64,000 nucleotides of DNA from Raja brachyura (Eukaryota), in contig OY740783.1 of assembly GCA_963514005.1 (NCBI GenBank), positions 74,462,001 through 74,526,000 on the forward strand. The letters are read 5' to 3'. The notes under the pieces were generated by a model that was not told where the DNA came from, made no database searches, and was given only the letters and a program-made list of their open reading frames with translations. Position numbers and translations under genes: made by a program. Below are positions 24,073-37,425 of this stretch, piece by piece (the first letter of the stretch is position 1; each line of letters starts with the position of its first letter).

Positions 24073-25576
24073 GAAAGTATTTCGTAACCAGAGGACTGCC
24101 TCGTATAGTATGGTTTATAGTCGCATATGAATCACACAGAAACTACCCAATTTCCATGGTGAATATGTAACTGCGAAAATTTCAAATGTGCTGCCGCTTG
24201 CAAGATGAAAAACACTGACGTTTTACTGTTATACTAACCATAATTCCAGGCTAAAAAGTCATATCATTGTAACACATAATACTTTTGTGATATTGAAATT
24301 AGGTCTTATTATTGATCAGGATAAGAGATTATACCCAATAAGTTCTAATACCCAAATTCAATGTCAAAGAAAGTAGAGTTTTCGGCAGTCATATATAATA
24401 TATTAGTTTTAAAAATCTACCTAAAAAAAAAAGAATTTAAAGAAATGATCATGGGCTGGCTTGAGTCTGAACAGCAGTATGTAACTAACAAAAGCCTGCT
24501 GACCAAAGGACTCACGAGGATAAATAAAATCAGGAACTATTAATACCAACTAAATACCAACTTCAAAGGTCCAGGCCACAGTAAACAACTCAGCTTTACA
24601 GAACAACCATGCTAAGATTTAACACTTTAGATGCTGTCATGTAGTTACACACCATCATCATGAACATCATCAAATAATATGAATAAGGATAACTTTTAGA
24701 ATGGCAACAGCAACAATATTAAAAATGACAGACTGTATCCAATACAGTGCTGCACTCAATGATGAAACTGTTAAAAATATTGAGAACATATTTGTATTAT
24801 TTGGCTTTTGAAATCAACAGTTGACTTTGCATATCGTAGGTTCCAACTCTCAGAAAGTGAATGGGCTGTTGCACAAAGAGCTGAAGTTACCAATCTTCAG
24901 GAATGTCTTTTATTTGCCCTAGTCAAACATTCATTTTAAGACCAACCTTTTACAAACGTGGGGTTATGTGACTTGACTGGCGATTGTTATTTTTAGGGCT
25001 GGTCAGCTGAGAATATGAGAATATCATAGTTGATTCACTGATGCTTTCCACTAGTTTACACAATACGTTCAAATGACCTATGACAGAAATTGTAACAAGA
25101 CTCTTTTCACACACTGTTAAAAAATACCAATGACAATCAAACAGAAAGAATAAATCACCTTTCACTGGGTGTATTTTATCTTCCAAGGCTGTTACATTTT
25201 TAATGAGACATTGGATTGTTTTCTCCTAATTTGTTCTCTGTTGTGACCTCTTCCTCATCCATTCCCTGAGGCAAAGCAAACAATCTTCTGGGTATAGAAA
25301 ATTCATCCAAAAAGTCTCCTCACTGTCCAAGTGAAGGTTTTAAATTAATAATAACTAATCATTTCAAATTCCTCAACCAGAGGAAATATTCTTTCCTTCG
25401 TCACTCTATCAAATCTTTCCCAGTTTAACATCCGCCTACTCCAATAACCCTCTATAACCTTCGTAATAGTCCCAATATCTCAAGCATCTCTTGCAATTAT
25501 CCTTAGTGACAACTTTATGAACCTAAAACTGAAATTCCTTAAGGCTTTCATTTATTTTCTGCAACACAAACCCTTA

Positions 25577-26254
25577 TGGGCCTGTCCCACTTCGGCGATT
25601 TTTCAGGCAACTGGAATGGTTACTGTCAGAGCAGAACACACACACACATCGCTTTCTTCGCCAACCCATTATGCAGGCGGAGTTCAGGGCAAGCGGGAGG
25701 AGCGCTGTCTAAGTGAAATTCACACGGTGCAAAGTCAATGTGATACAGACACACACCATGAAGAACAGAAAGGTTGGCACTGTAATTAAGATGGTGAAAG
25801 CACAGTGTACGGGAAGGGTCACTTAATTTATTTAAAAGAGGGGAGGGAGAATGGGGAGACGGGGTGGGGATAAGGAGTGGAAACAACTTTTAAGAAGCCA
25901 GAGATACATGGCTGTGAAGCTCGGCGGACATTAACAATATCGGTCAGTTATCCTTGGTTCTGAAAACTACTGTTTACGTATATTTTCCCAGTGCGCCAAT
26001 GAAATTCACCGGTCAGCACCGGCGACAACCTACGAGAACCTACGACCACCTGGCGACCCACTACCGCTGCACCCACGGCACGAGATTTCTCGCTACTCTC
26101 CATGGTGGCGTCATTCTGGTCGTCGCTAATTTATCAACATGTTGAAAAATTTACGGCGACTCCCCGGCAACCGCCCGTGAACATGTGGCGACCATGTGGC
26201 AACCGCATAGTCTCCTGTAGTAGCCTAAAAAGTCACCTAAGTGGGACAGGCCCA
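25577..26254. mobile_element. PIF/Harbinger-type non-autonomous DNA transposon
   Basis: TIRs TGGGCCTGTCCCACTT / AAGTGGGACAGGCCCA (extending imperfectly to ~30 bp); TTA duplication at 25574-25576 and 26255-26257. Confidence 0.85.
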
Positions 26255-27554
26255 TTATTTTATGAACCAATGCTTTGTATGGATTCATTGTTTGTTTTTG
26301 CTTTTGGATTGTTAAGGTCCTAATTATAAAAGCTAACTGCCCAGAAATTAATCTCCAGTCCATAGCACTAAACATGCTAATATAATAATGTCAATGCACT
26401 GAACTCTAACTGTAAGTCAATTCTATTCTCTTCAATGGAATGAATGGCAGAGACAGTACATTGTATTAATGTACCCATAGTAAAACACTGTTAATGCAGC
26501 AATTACATGACTTTGATGGTGCCAGACTGGTAAATTTTAAGGATTATTGGAAGTTAAAATCCCAACACACCTGGGATTTTTGTTTTAAAGAAATTGTACT
26601 GTAGTATTTTAAATGTTCCAGTGAACCCAGTCAGTTTAAAGGAGGAATGAGAAAATAGGCACTGATAAGTCTCAGGTGATTGTTGGAAATAGGGGGCGGG
26701 TACGTTTCAAGGGAGCACAGGAAAGGGGCCCTAATGATTTTAAGCGGATTGTGGGAAACGTGGCCACTTTGAAGTTAAAAGAGGCATAGACTAGATTGGT
26801 TCAGAAAATGTGCGGCTTGGTGGATGGGTGGTCGGATCTGATTTGTGCGCTTTGGGGTTTCTGGTTGACTATTGCAGAGAACTGGCCTTTGGGTTAGGTT
26901 CCCAAAGGAGAGTCAGGGAATCAAACTGCCGAAAGGGGTCCACTCCTGAATCAGGTTGCCACCGATATCATGGAACCTTCTCAGGGAGGTCTGCTTTAAC
27001 TTGTACAGCAGCAGGACTTAAAGAGACACTGGAATCTTGCTTCTATACAAGTGACCTGTGAACCATGCTACTCACATACTTACTGCAACAAACGCACAGA
27101 TGGTATCCAGGCACAGACTTGCCTGTCATTAGAAGTCAGTCGACATGTCTGGGATCCTCCATGATTTATTTATAGGATGCATGGAGGGCCCTAGAAAAAT
27201 ATTTGCTAACTTCACAATCTCAGCAGTAAGTCCTTGATTTCCATTAATATTTAACTTTTTATTTAAAGTGGGTCACATAGCACACAAAAACAAGGTGCTG
27301 TGTAATCGAACTTCTAAGCAACTGTGTGAGGTGACTAGCAGGCATGGGAACAAAAGCATGCTGGTCATTACTTTACTTGCCACAAAGTTCAATCTTTTGA
27401 TAACATATTTGTAATTAATAATGTAATGATAATGTTTTAGTGTTCTGATGAGAGAGCAAGAATTTTCCATGCCAGTTGTTGCTCTGTCAAGTGAGGGGAA
27501 AATGGTATCCTGGTAACTTATGTGCAAACATGTGGGCATCAAAGTTGCTACAGA

Positions 27555-27800
27555 AGTTTGAAAACGCATACCTCCAGATTCAGGAGCAGTTTCTTCCCAG
27601 CTGTTAGCAAGCAACTGAAGTCCTCTCATTAGCCAGAGTGCGGTCCTGCCCTCCCATCTACCTCATTGGAGACCTTTGAACTATATTTGAACGTTTTCAT
27701 AATTGCATTCATGTATGTTCTTCTCTCTGACTGGATAACACGCAAACTCTTTTTACTGCACCTCGGTACACGCGAAAATAATAAACTAAACAAAACTGAA
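27555..27800 (+). mobile_element. Rex1/Babar-like LINE 3' fragment
   Basis: ccagattcagg..cagtttcttccc and the tail ctgcacctcggtacacgcgaaaataataaactaaac match the 3' end of the element at 40751-42295. Confidence 0.65.
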
Positions 27801-28474
27801 CACCAGTAAATTGGTCTGATGGTTGTATGCTCAGTCTAAGTAATAAAAGAAACAGCTGTTTATCTAACACATGGCACTTTTCTGGCTGGCTTCCAGTGAG
27901 TGATCTGGCATTCAATTGCATGTCATAAAATAATTGAATCTATCAGCAAAGAGGGAAATTCAGTCTATTACGCCCGTGAGAGTTCTTTGTTGGGACCAAT
28001 AAACTAGGACTTCTCTCCTTATTCTTTGTCCATGGTCCAACAAGTTCACAGCCAGCAGATAAACGGTTGTTCCGGTTGATATTATTGCTGCCACCAGGAC
28101 GTCATCTGAGGCGAAACATTTAAGTTCACTCAAATAAATCTTTAAACACAACATCTCTTTAAATGCAACTCAGTATCAAGTGGCTATATTATTGGGATGG
28201 TCCATGATCATCAGACCTTAAATCTAGTGAAAAATAAGATAACATAACTTTGTACTGATTATTTGTGTTATCAAAAGGATTTGCTCAAATGTAGTTCTAT
28301 TTTTTTTTAATTGTTATCTTGTACAGTAGCAATAAACATGCTAATTTAAGACGGTAAACTCTTGTTATAACTGACCATGGGGGGGGGAAGGAGGGGAAAT
28401 AGTATCCATTATTGCTGATTGCCCGCTCTAACCGTGTGAGGGATTACCGAGTAATAGAGTGTCATTGTATCAGT

Positions 28475-28610
28475 TGTGGAAATAAATAAATGCAGATGCT
28501 GGTTAATACACAAAAGGACACAAAGTGCTGGAGTAACTTAGCAGGTCAGGCAGCATCTCTGGAGACCATGGATAGGTGCTGTTCCGTTTCATGACCCTTC
28601 TTCAGACTCT
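28475..28610 (-). mobile_element. Penelope-like element 3' tail
   Basis: tgcagatgctggtt..gtgctggagtaacttagcaggtcaggcagcatctctggag..cccttcttcagac. Confidence 0.7.
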
Positions 28611-29126
28611 TGGTCCATAACTGGGGCTGGAATCCAGGTCAGTTGACGGCCCCGGCCTACTGGTAGCCGGGGGAGAGGTGAGGATCGACGCAGTCACTGG
28701 TTGCAGCCGGAGGGCCGGAGTGCAGGTAAGGGTCGGGCATGGTGATGGCAGGCAGGGCCTGGAAGCTGCCGGGGTAGAAGAGCAGGCCATCGTAGGCCAG
28801 TGGTCGGTAGGTCCATCTGCTGTAACCGAGCATTATTTATTCCTCTAGTTGCTAAATGTCTTTAACATCTTAATTTAGTACACACGTGGATAAAAGGGAT
28901 GAAAGATGAGGTGAAACTTTTACGGAACAAGGCATTGCCAATCCACTTGATCACATGTTTCTTGTCCTGTGTGAAGGAGCGGGGGGGGGGGGCAGGAGTG
29001 GATGGGGCAGTGGATTTGGTCATGTGCAGGATATTTTCTAACAGTGAAGGATCTATGTAAATGCAAAATTATATTATTTGCATTGTTGTTTACAGGGGTA
29101 GCTGATACATCGATACATAGAAAATT

Positions 29127-32100
29127 TGTTGTTGTTGTTGAAGTTGTTGTTGTTGTTGGTGTTCATCACATTCTGTATCACTGATCTACCGATCGGGGCG
29201 ATTGTTCAGGTTGTAAAAAAACCTGAGGCAAAACAGTCATCGTTCTAATGTAGAGGTAGCAATAGGCAATAGGTATACGAGCAGGCCATTCAGCCCTGAT
29301 CATCCACAATCAGTACCCCGTTCCTGCCTTCTCCCCATATCCCTTGATTTTGCTAGTCCTAAGAGCTCTATCTAACTCTCTTTTAAATGCATCCAGTGAG
29401 GCAGAGAATTCCACAAATTCGCAAATCTCTGTGTGAAAAAGTTTTTCCTCATCTCAGTTCTAAATGGCCTATCTTTTATTCTTAAACTGGTGCCCCGGTT
29501 CTGGACTCCCCCAACATCAGGAACATGTTTCCTGCATCTACCATGTCCGATCCCTTAATAATGTTGTATGTTTCTATAAGATCCCCTCATACTTCTAAAT
29601 TCCAGTGAATACAAGTCCAGTCGTTCCATTCTTTTATCATATGACAGTCCATCCATCCCGGGAATTAATCTTGTGAACCTACGCTGCACTGCCTGAATAA
29701 CAAGAAAGTCCTTCCTCAAATTAGGAGACCAAAACTGCACACAATACTCCAGGTGTGGTCTCACCAGGGCCCTGTACAACTGCAGAAGGACCTCTTTACA
29801 CCTATACTCAAATCCTCTTGTTATGAAGGCCAACATGCCATTAGCTTTCTTCACTGCCTGCTGTACCTGCATGCTTACTTTCAGTGACTGATGTACAAGG
29901 ACATCCAGGTCTTGTTGCACTTCCCCTTTACCTAACCTGACACCATTCAGATAATAATCTGCTTTCCTGTTCTTGCCACCAAAGTGGATAATCTCACATT
30001 TATCCACATTATACTGCATCTTCCCTGCATTTGGCCACTCACCTAACCTATCCGTCACCCTGCATCTTCAAAGCATCCTCTTCACAGTTCACACTGCCAC
30101 CCAGCTTTGTGTCATCTGCCAATTTTCTAATGTTACTTTTAATACCTTAATCTAAATAATTTCTATTGTAAATAGCTGCAGTCCCAGCACCGAACCTTGC
30201 GTCATCGCACTAGTCACTTCCTGCCATTCTGAAAGGAACCCGTTAAGTCCAACTCTTTGTTTCCTGTTTGCCAACCAATTTTCTATCTATGTCAATGCCC
30301 TACCCCCAACACCATGTGCTCTAATTTTGCCCAGTAATCTCCTGTGTGGGACCTTATCAAAGGATTTCTGAAAGTCCAGATACACTACATCCACTGGCTC
30401 TCCCTTATCCATTTTCCCAGTTACATCTTCAAAAAATTCCAGAATGTTAGTCAAGCAAAATTTCCCTTTCATAAATCCATACTAACTTGGACCGATCCTG
30501 TTACTGCTATCAAAATGCACCACTATTACATGTTTAATAATTGACTCCAGCATCTTCCCCACCACCAATGTCAGGCTAACTGGTCTATAATTCCTTTCTT
30601 TCTCTCTCCCTCGTTTCTTAAAAAGTGGGATAACATTAGCTACCCTCCAATCCACAGGAACTGATCCAGAACCTATAGAACATTGGAAAATGATCACCAA
30701 TGCATCCACGATTTCTAGAGCCACCTCCTTGAGTACCCTGGGATGCAGACCATCAGGCCCTGGGGGTTCATCAGCCTTCAGTCCCATCAATCTACCCAAC
30801 ACCATTTACTAACTAATGTAAATTTTCTTCAGTTCTTCCATCATCCTAGATCCTCTGTCCCCTAGTACATCTGGGAGATTTTTTTCTGTCTTCCTCAGTG
30901 AAGACAGAACCAAAGTACCTGTTCAACTTATCTGCCATTTCCTTGTTCCCCATAATAAATTCACCTGTTTCTGCCTTCAAGGGACCCACATTTGTCTTAA
31001 CTAATCTTTTTCTTTTCACATACCTAAAGAAGCTTTTTCTATCCTCCTTTATATTAGCTTACCTTCACACCGGGGAGATGGCAGCCCTGCCGGCAGTCTG
31101 TTTGTTTGTTTGAATGTTCTTCGGTGTGTTTTATGTGGGGGGATCGGGGGGAAACTTTGTTTTTACAAGTTCTTACCTTGCCGGAGATGTGATTATTTTT
31201 TCGGATCACATTCTCCGGACTCTGTGGCCTACCATCGATGGAGCTGGAAGCCTCCTCGGACTGTCGTGAGCCCCACTGCGGGGCGTGGACTTAACATCGG
31301 AGTAGATCGCTTGCCTAGGATCGCTCCCACCGCGAACTTACCATCTAGGACTCACAGTCTCGGGATAGGCTAGTCGGGAGCTCCAACATCGCGGAAGGTT
31401 CGACCAGCCCCGACGCGAGGTTCGATCGCCCGGCGCGGGGGAGCTGACATTCCCCCAGTGCAGGAGCAGATCGCATCAATGCAGGAGCAAATCGCCTCGA
31501 TGCGGAGGACCCGAATGCCGCCGGCTACGGGAGTCAAGACCATCCCGTCAACGGAGGGCTCGAGGCCCCCGACCGAGGAAGAACAAAAGGAAGGACTTAA
31601 ACTTTATTTCGCCTTCCATCACAGTGAGGAATGTGTAGGAGTCACTGTGGTGGATGTTCATGTTAGAATTTGTTTTTGAGTGATTTGTTGCTTATAATTG
31701 TATGACTGACCTGGTCAATGAAATTCCTCATATGTTGTAAAACATACTTGGCGAATAAAGTGTGATTCTGATTCTGATTTTTCTTTTTAGTTACCTTCCG
31801 TTGTTCTTTTCCAATCCTCTGGCTTTCGCCTCATCTTTGCTACGTTGTACTTTTTCTTTTTTAGTTTTACACCATCCTTGACTTCCCTTGTCAGCCATAC
31901 ATGCCTCTTACTCCCCTTAGAATTTTTCCTCATTTTTGGAATGAAATGATCCTGCATCTTCTGGATTATTCCCAGAAATTCCTGCCATTGTTGTTCCACC
32001 ATTATCCCTGCTAGGGTCCCTTTCCAGTCAACTTTGGCCAGCTCTTCTCTCATGCCTCCATAGTCCCCTTTGTTGAACTGCAATACTGACCCTTCTGATT

Positions 32101-32490
32101 TTACCTTCGCCCTCTCAAATTACAGATTTCAACATCATATAATGGTTCCTTTACCTTGAGTTCCCTTATCAAATCCAGTTCATTACTCAACACTAAATCC
32201 AGAATTGCCTTCCCCTGGTAGGCTCCAGTATAAGCTGCTCTAAGAATCCATCTCGGAGGCCCTCTACAAACTCCCTTTCATGGGGTCGATTACCAACATG
32301 ATTGTCCCAATCTACCTGCATATTAACCACTGTAGCATTACCTTTGTTACATGCCAATTTTAACTCCTGATGCAACTTGCACCCTATATGCAGGCTACTG
32401 TTTGGGAGCCTGTAGATAACTCCCATTAGGGTCTTTTTGCCCTTACAATGTCTCAGTTCTATCCACATTGACTCTACATCATCCACATTG
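29127..32490 (-). mobile_element. CR1 LINE with nearly complete disrupted ORF2, the same 3' extension as the 6841-7842 copy, and a nested insertion
   Basis: ORFs 32193-32486 (ESMWIEL..GVIYR), 30482-30805 (PGPDGLHPRVLKE..NYRPVSLT), 30287-30472 (YLDFQKSFDKVPH) and 29555-30058. Confidence 0.93.
31068..31778 (+). mobile_element. GC/CpG-rich non-autonomous retroposon (LINE-dependent, unclassified)
   Basis: Interrupts the CR1; begins ggggagatggcagccc; ends with AATAAA and (CTGATT)n; no coding signature; homologous to 51570-52352. Confidence 0.65.
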
Positions 32491-34693
32491 GAGCTGTGCC
32501 AAGTGTTGATGATGTCTCTTCCACTCTGACAGAAGAAGGCAGGGCTGGCAAGCTTCCATGATTGCTCCCACCGCTCCCACTCATTCTGCTATGAATGTAT
32601 TGAGCAATGCCAGCTTATCATGCTCGATAGAGTACAGCAGCAGACATGTGGACCAAAGGGAGGTTCTGGCTCTCTTTTACAACGTATGTACATTTGGGAG
32701 CCAAATCTAATGATGCCGAGGATACTAATTCCAAGCTGGAAGCGATGCTGGAATCAGGCTCTCGGGTCTACTATGGTTCCCGGTTCTGCACAGTTATGGT
32801 TTAGAGCTGAATCCTAGATTGTCAGCTTGTTTCTGAGTTATAAACACCTTCCATGGGGACCTCTAAATATGAATGACCTCTCATAATATTATTAGATTCA
32901 AAGGTCTGCTGCATGTATACATTTGTTCCTATGAACAGCAGAACTAGTTTCTTCTTATAGTAACTGCTCTTTTTATCAGTCTTATGTGATGTTGATGCCA
33001 TTCATTACAAAATTGTGCAGGTATTATTACCATATTGAGTGATTTTTGTCAATCCCCAAGATCATTTTCCAACTTCAGGATAAAATCGGACTTATGGACA
33101 TCTATATTAATGAAACCCATTCACGTATTCCAACATTTAATACACTAGAACATAGGCAGTGTCATATTCATCATTCTTCTTCTTATTGTTTCCTTTACTA
33201 CCCTTCATGTAATCCTCACTTTTGTTTGCCCTACAATTTACCTTGTCAAACTCTCCATGCCATAATTTATTACTTTAAACTGATTTTTCCATTTGCTAAT
33301 ATATTGACTTCTGTCTCAAATGCCCTAAGACTTGTTAATTCCCGTTACCTCTTTCATACCCATGTATAACTATTTCATACATAGTCTTGATGATCCTGCA
33401 AATAGCAAGCAGCTCCCACCTATCAATTGAAGCAATATTACTGAACAAATTGGCTACACAATCAATTCTTCAGAGCATTATAGCCCAAAGGGTTTAAGAT
33501 ACTTCTCCTTCCAAAGTTGTGTATTGTTCTTTGGCTTAGCCATGATCAGCCCAGTCACTTCAAGGGTAGTGTTGATTCTACTGCTCAGTTCTTTCCGGTG
33601 GTCAGATAACAACAAACAATTACATAGCTATGAAACAGCTGGAAGTCTTGCTTGCAAGTACAGTTATGATAGATCCTATCTCACATCTCACATTATTCAG
33701 GTCACTGAAAGTCCCACTCTCTAAATGGATGGCACCCATCTCTAATCCTTTCCTCATCATCCCCCTCCAGTTCCCTTAGGATCAAACTCTCAAATTCTCA
33801 AAATGGCCATAAATTCTGAATCCCTGAGGGCTTTCACCCACCAATTTCCTGAAGGGGGCCGCACTCTCAGAATGCCCTAAGAACCCTGTCAGATATGTAT
33901 ATAATCTCACTCTCTAACCCACCATTGGTGTTAATGATTCCCCAATAGCTCCCACCATCTGATCTCTTGGAGTCTTGATCCCTTGATGACCAACTCCCTA
34001 AATCCCCAAGGCTGTGGTCTACTGACGGGAGAGAGGCCGCAGCAAGGATTTGCCAGATTACGTCCTGGGACGGTGACTTTGTTGAATAAAGAGAAATTAA
34101 GGAAACTGGGCTGAAACTTTCTTGGGTTTAAAGACGATAATCTCATTGAGAGGTGCAAATTAAGTTTTGCCTGTCAGGTTTATGCTAAATGGGCATTTGG
34201 ACTAGTAAGAAAATACAGGCATGTGGTGCCAGATTTTCTATGCATTTATCAATACTTTTGTCTCAGAGGTCCTTATAAATATAGACTGGTGATCTTCTTG
34301 ATGCACAGTTACGGTCTGGCTGACAGAGCAACCCTCTCCCTGAAATCTATTGCTAGCTTATGGTATAAGTATTACTTGCTACGTTACCACCAGCCTCCCC
34401 CACACATCCACGTCTGCTGCCATGGCAGTACCTGAATCACAAGCACTGTTACTATACCAAACCCAACGCTGCAATCCCTCTGTTTATTCAGTCCAACTCT
34501 GCAGCCTTTTCTTCAACCCAGTTTGAAAGTTATTACAACCAGAGTCAAAATTGGGTTGAAATTATTTGAGCAATGCTTTTGGGCTGTCTCTACAATAATT
34601 GGACAGCTTGGCTCTGACAGCTTTCCCATTTATCCAACCCGTTATCTATCTCATTCGCCGTGCATGTCCTAGCCTCATTAGTGCTCCCAAAAT

Positions 34694-35715
34694 GGAAGCT
34701 CTCTCAGCATCCGGTGGGCCTATACCAACAGTTACTGTTGCAGATGTCAGATCGGCCTTCCTGAGAGAGAACCTGTGGAAAGTAACTGGTCCGGATGGAG
34801 TTCCTGGCCCTGTCCTCATGACCTGTGGTATCCACTGTAGTGGCCTGGACGAGGTCAGGAAAAGGCCGGACGCCAGGCAGGTTCAGAAGTCGTTTAACGA
34901 ATCCATGCAAACACACAGAACGCCCCTTGGTAGCTACTGGGAAACCCCGTGGGCAGACAATAGTCCCTGTCCCTCAAGAGCTGAGGGGAATGACCCAAGG
35001 AGTGGCCTAATCCCCAGGGACCACCACACCGCAAACATTTTTAACCGCTCACTTCTTCTTTCTGACCTTCCCATTTGCTTTATGGAGAAACTTTCATATC
35101 ACCAGAGTGACATACATCCTGTGGTCACAGCAAACAGGTTGTGGGTGCCGACTTTCCTGTCGACAAATATAGTTACGAAGAAGCAGTTCCTCAGAACTGG
35201 ACAGCATTCCTTTGGGGTCGCAAGCTTTTACAGCACTGATGTAACTGCAAGATTCTCCACTGAGATGTTATAGTGTTCTGTTAAAGGGCACAGCCTCTGG
35301 CAAGTGAGTTCATTGGAACATGAAGATCAAGGTCAAAACCATTTATACCTCACGCTGCCTCGGCAAGGCCAGCTGCATAATCAAGGTTGAGTTGCCTCCT
35401 GGCCACTCCCTCTTCTCCCCTCTCCCATCAGGCAAAATGTATAGAAGTGTGCAACCCCACACATCCAGATTCAGGGACAGCCGAATCATCCTATTACATC
35501 CGGAGAGCACCTCTTTGGTGACCGTCGGACTATCCATGATCGGACATTGCTGGCTTTACCTTGCACTAAACGTTATTCCCTTATCATGCATTTATGCCTT
35601 GTAAATGGGTCGATTATAATCATGTATTGTCTTTCTGCTGACTGGTTAGCATGCAACAAAAGCTTTTCACTGTACCTCAGTACACGTGACAATAAACTAA
35701 ACTGACCTGAACTGA
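34694..35715 (+). mobile_element. Rex1/Babar-like LINE, internally deleted and rearranged
   Basis: VTVADVRSAFLRENLWKVTGPDGVPG..IFNRSLLLS matches the 40751 copy; 3' UTR 35335-35715 with ttcactgtacctcagtacacgtgacaataaac tail. Confidence 0.75.
34836..35028. mobile_element. Short solo LTR (193 bp)
   Basis: TGTAGTGG...CCACCACA termini; 4-bp flanks CCAC/CCGC (CpG-type difference); interrupts the Rex1-like RT sequence. Confidence 0.7.
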
Positions 35716-36139
35716 AAATGAAACAAATTGACCTAATGCCTAAATAAAAGGCCACGACTCAACACACACCTCAAATATTGAGACAAATTATCGCAAAAAA
35801 GTTAAGATGGACAGCTTTGATTGCTATTTGTGGGCTTGTAGGAATGTGCTCTGTTCTAACTTTAGCATAGCTGCGGGATTATTCATGTGATGCTTTCATA
35901 ATAGAATGCCACGTAGAGGACAGGCTTATGATACAATTACGCACCCATTCAGAAATCTCAAGAACAAATCTGGAGCCGAGAGGTAAAAGTGCTGGTGTTA
36001 AATTGACTCCATGCTTTCAGCCATTCCTTGGTTTTTCTTTGCAATTTTTGTTTCTGTTGATTTTAGTCCTGAATACCCAGAAAGAAGTAGTTCAGACAAT
36101 TTACAATAAGCATGCGATATCTGACTTAAATACCTGACT

Positions 36140-37425
36140 TAAACTTAAGTGAGGTGCTACATCTTGGCAGGACAAATCAAAATAGGACGTACACGGTAAA
36201 TGGTAGGGAATTGAGGAATGCTGTGGAACAGAGGGATCTAGGAATAACTGTGCATAGTTCCCTGAAGGTGGAATCATAGAAACATAGAACATAGAAAATA
36301 GGTGCAGGAGTAGGCCATTCGGCCCTTCGAGCCTGCACCGCCATTCAATGTGATCATGGCTGATCATCCAACTCAGTATCCCGTACCTGCCTTCTCTCCA
36401 TACCCCCTGATCCCTTTAGCCACAAGTGCCACATCTAACGCCCTCTTAAATATAGCCAATGAACTGGCCTCAACTACCTTCTGTGGCAGAGAATTCCAGA
36501 GACTCACCACTCTCTGTGTAAAGAATGTTTTCCTCATTTCGGTCCTAAAGGAATTCCCCCTTATCCTTAGACTGTGACCCCTTGTTCTGGACTCCCCCAA
36601 CATCGGGAACAATCTTCCAGCATCTAGCTTGTCCAACCCCTTAAGAATTTTGTAGGTTTCTATAAGATCCCCCCTCAATCTTCTAAATTCCATCGAGTAC
36701 AAACCGAGTCTATCCAATCTTTCCTCATATGAAAGTCCTGACATCCCAGGAATCGCATGTAGATAGGGTGGTAAAGAAAGCTTTTGGTGTGCTGGCCTTT
36801 ATAAATCAGAGCATTGAATATAGGAGTAGGGAAGTAATGTTAAAATTGTACAAGGCATTGGTAAGACCAATTCTGGAGTATGGTGTACAATTTTGGTCAC
36901 CTAATTATAGGAAGGATGTCAACAAAATAGAGAGAGTACAGAGGAGATTTACTAGAATGTTGCCTGGGTTCCAGCAACTAAGTTACAGAGAAAGGCTGAA
37001 CAAGTTAGGTCTTTATTCTTTGGAGCGCGGAAGATTAAGGGGGGACTTGATTGAGGTCTTTAAAATGATGAAAGGGATAGAGTTGATGTGGATAAGCTTT
37101 TCCCATTGAGGGTAGGAAAGATTCAAACAAGAGGGCATGACATGAGAATGAAGGGACAGAAGTTTAGGGGTAACATGAGGGGGAACGTCTTTACTCAGAG
37201 AGTGGTGGCTGTGTGGAATGATCTTCCTGCAGAAGTGGTGGAGGCAGGATCGATTTTAACATTTAAAAGTAAAGTGGATAGGTATATGGACGGGAAGAGA
37301 ATGGAGGGGTATGGTCTGAGTGCAAGTAGATGGGACTAGGGGAAAATAAATGGTCGGCACGGACTAGAAGGGCCGAGAAGGCCTGTTTCCGTGCTGTAAT
37401 TGTTATATGGTTATATGGTTTATAT
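36140..37425 (+). mobile_element. CR1 LINE 3' part (same subfamily as 14605-17626)
   Basis: ORFs 36729-37109 and 37088-37339 are close to ORFs 16703-17535; (GGTTATAT)n tail. Confidence 0.92.
36276..36748 (-). mobile_element. CR1 3' fragment nested in the opposite orientation
   Basis: ORF 36373-36744 (LSYEERLDRLGLYSMEFRRLRGDLIETYKIL); GGAATC at 36270-36275 and 36749-36754. Confidence 0.9.

Noticed and set aside
28350-28830. Possible Tigger/mariner-type MITE remnants
   Set aside because: Termini and TA TSD could not be defined by eye.
34599-35273. 224-aa ORF (and the 234-aa ORF at 40552-41256) as novel genes
   Set aside because: Chance read-through across CR1, Rex1 and solo-LTR junctions.
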